Assembly (NCBI GenBank): GCA_965220085.1
Contig: CBDCOZ010000003.1
Coordinates: forward strand, 1,088,001-1,152,000
DNA: 64,000 bases
Direction of reading: 5' to 3'
Source of the DNA: Candidatus Oxydemutatoraceae bacterium
Lineage (GTDB): Bacteria > Pseudomonadota > Gammaproteobacteria > Poriferisulfidales > Oxydemutatoraceae
Shown here: piece after piece, positions 61,864-64,000 of the stretch
Numbering within the stretch: position 1 is the first letter of the stretch
Layout of the letters: the number at the start of each line of letters is the position of its first letter
Notes under the pieces: generated by a model
What the model was told of the DNA's origin: nothing
Seen by the model: only the letters and a program-made list of their open reading frames with translations
The model's database searches: none
Translations under genes and position numbers: made by a program

Positions 61864-63180
61864 ATGAATACAAAACCTACAATTACAAAAAAGCGCTCAT
61901 CGGGTTGCTTGAGTTTGCTTGCGATATCCATGGCGCTGTTATCTGTGTTTGCAGATAACGCCATCGCGCGGTCGCACGATGAAGTAGCCGATCTGAAGCA
62001 ATCGATGCAGGAGTTGAAAAAGCAACTTGAAGCGATGCAAAACCGCTTAAGCGAGATAGACGATACGGTCTCTCAAAACAGCGCAGCGGTTGAAGCAACC
62101 GCGGATGCGGTGCAGGAGTACGCCGACAAGCCGTCTGCTTTTGACAGGCTGTCCATCGGGGGTTACGGCGAACTGCATTACAACAATTACGACGTTGAAA
62201 GCGGCGAAGACAAAAAAGAGTTGGACTTCCACCGGTTCGTTTTGTTCTTCGGGTATGATTTCAGCGAGCAGTTGAAATTCTTTTCCGAGTTTGAGTTAGA
62301 GCACGCTTTGGCCGGCGAAGGCAAGGGCGGCGAAGTGGAGCTGGAACAGGCTTTTGTCGAATACAGCTTTGATGACTATAACGCCGCCCGTGTCGGGGTC
62401 TTTTTGCTGCCGGTCGGCATCATGAACGAGACCCACGAGCCGCCGACATTTTATGGCGTTGAGCGCAACACGATTGAGAATGTCATCATTCCGGCAACCT
62501 GGTGGGCCGGCGGTGTCGGCTATACCCACAGGTGGGACAACGGCCTCAGCTTTGACATATCCCTGCACGAAGGATTGAAGGCAGACCCTGCCGACGGCAC
62601 CGCGCGCATCAGAGGCGGCAGACAGAAAAGCGCGGAGGCCGATGCGGATGATTTGGCTACGACGGCGAGGCTGAAATACACCGGCGCGCCCGGTTTGGAA
62701 TTAGCGGCATCGCTTCAGTATCAGTCGGACATCACGCAAGAGAGCGGCGACGGTCTTGACGATGCTTATCTGACGGAACTTCACGCGATATATCATCGCG
62801 GGCCGTTTGGTTTGCGCGCGCTCTATGCCCGCTGGGATATGGACACCGAAGATGTCCCCGCGACGACGGCGGATGCCGATGGGAATGCCGTCGCGAACCC
62901 CGCTTTGGGAATCGAAACAAACGGCTATGACGAGCAAGAAGGTTGGTATGTTGAGCCGTCCTTCAGAATGTCCGATGCGTTCGGCGTATTTGCCCGCTAC
63001 GAAGATGTCGAAGGCGGGCGTTCGCGAGACGAGTTTGATCAGTGGATTGTCGGTTTTAACTATTGGCTGCATGAGGATGTGGTTCTCAAGGCCGACTATC
63101 TGGAGCGCGAACACGATAACGCCGCCGACAAAGGGAGAGACTTTGACGGTTTTAACCTCGGCTTCGGTTATCAATTCTGA
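61864..63180 (+). CDS. Outer-membrane porin with N-terminal coiled coil
   Basis: RBS AAGGAG; signal peptide; IGGYGELHYN, DFHRFVLF, ELEQA, HEPPTFYGVERN; terminal beta-signal GFGYQF. Confidence 0.88.
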   Translation: MNTKPTITKKRSSGCLSLLAISMALLSVFADNAIARSHDEVADLKQSMQELKKQLEAMQNRLSEIDDTVSQNSAAVEATADAVQEYADKPSAFDRLSIGGYGELHYNNYDVESGEDKKELDFHRFVLFFGYDFSEQLKFFSEFELEHALAGEGKGGEVELEQAFVEYSFDDYNAARVGVFLLPVGIMNETHEPPTFYGVERNTIENVIIPATWWAGGVGYTHRWDNGLSFDISLHEGLKADPADGTARIRGGRQKSAEADADDLATTARLKYTGAPGLELAASLQYQSDITQESGDGLDDAYLTELHAIYHRGPFGLRALYARWDMDTEDVPATTADADGNAVANPALGIETNGYDEQEGWYVEPSFRMSDAFGVFARYEDVEGGRSRDEFDQWIVGFNYWLHEDVVLKADYLEREHDNAADKGRDFDGFNLGFGYQF

Positions 63181-63312
63181 TTTCTTCCTTGTAAGAATAG
63201 TTACCTGTGCCCGCGCCATTATCCCCCGGTGCGGGCGCAGGCTAACTATCTCGCCTTATGCGCCTATACTGCGGTCGGTGATATGCGATTGAGACTCTTT
63301 GAAAGGGAAGAC

Positions 63313-63846
63313 GTGTCTAAGCCAACACCTCTTTACACGGTCGTTGCGTGTTGTTGCGCAATGATGCTTTTGCCGGGGACGGCAGCGGCGGCGGGCGGAG
63401 TGTATGAAGAGCCCGCCGCTTTCGTCAAACGCCATTTCAACGGCGCTCCTCCCAAGCCTTCCGTTCTGTATCCCGCGCCCGAACTCAAGCGGGAGATTAA
63501 ACGTGTTCTGGGACACAAATACAGCAAGTTCAGGATACGCTATTGGTTACAAGGCCGCCGCAGTGTTTGGATACTGGAAGAGATAGGCAAGGAGCGACCG
63601 ATTACCACCGGGTTTTCTATTGACACCGATCGTATTGCCGAAGTCAAGGTGCTCATTTTCCGCGAGAGCCGCGGGTGGGAAGTGCGATATGATTCGTTCG
63701 CCGATCAGTTCGCCGGCGCCAAGCTGACCGAATCGCTGGATTTGGACCGGCAAATTGATAACATAACCGGCGCGACATTATCGGTGCGCGCAGTAAGCAA
63801 GTTGGCAAGGCTTGCTCTGCTCTTGCACAGGACAGTGACCCAATGA
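63313..63846 (+). CDS. FMN-binding domain protein (start uncertain)
   Basis: EEIGKERPIT, FRESRGWEV, flavinylation motif DNITGATLS. Confidence 0.85.
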   Translation: MSKPTPLYTVVACCCAMMLLPGTAAAAGGVYEEPAAFVKRHFNGAPPKPSVLYPAPELKREIKRVLGHKYSKFRIRYWLQGRRSVWILEEIGKERPITTGFSIDTDRIAEVKVLIFRESRGWEVRYDSFADQFAGAKLTESLDLDRQIDNITGATLSVRAVSKLARLALLLHRTVTQ

Positions 63847-64000
63847 GAACATACCGCAGACTACACCGCGCACTGGGCATCAGCGCGGTGACTTTTTTGA
63901 TACTGTTTGCGATCACGGGCTTGCTGCTCCAACACGCTCCCCGCTTCAATCTGGATACAAGCTATGCGCCTGCCTCTATCGCTGAGTGGCTATACGGCAT
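63843..64000 (+). CDS. PepSY-associated TM helix protein (runs off the window end)
   Basis: ATGA overlap; MRTYRRLHRALGISAVTFLILFAITGLLLQH. Confidence 0.8.
   Translation, partial: MRTYRRLHRALGISAVTFLILFAITGLLLQHAPRFNLDTSYAPASIAEWLYG

Overview
GC-rich gammaproteobacterial chromosome segment. Its gene content (giant GLUG/FN3/cadherin proteins, Sel1 repeats, a DUF1640-like coiled coil, fccAB) suggests a sulfur-oxidising, host-associated organism, possibly a sponge symbiont (inference). 1-24.1 kb is a tandem array of four modular secreted adhesin-like genes with IS debris between them. 24.4-27.7 kb is an accessory insert (AAA ATPase + partner, Sel1 protein). 27.9-47 kb is mostly housekeeping (zapE, accA, tilS, pyrG, kdsA, eno, ribB(A), ribH, nusB-thiL fusion, pgpA, gltX, csiV-like, mfd) plus napC-like/fccAB. 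47-53 kb holds a coiled-coil repeat gene and three minus-strand secreted-protein genes. 53-61 kb is a defence island (McrBC, Dsr1-like SIR2) followed by a TraT-like lipoprotein. The window ends in a Fur-box-preceded porin/FMN-binding/PepSY operon. The strongest signal is that seven secreted proteins of at least three unrelated architectures, at two loci and on both strands, end in the same terminal peptide (L)RLRLRLFLEGPLR-stop, which is conserved through synonymous codon changes. An orphan copy and a degenerate copy also exist, and a conserved palindromic DNA element follows most copies. This looks like an undescribed C-terminal sorting/anchoring tag system. Several frameshifts fall in repeats or homopolymers and may be assembly errors.
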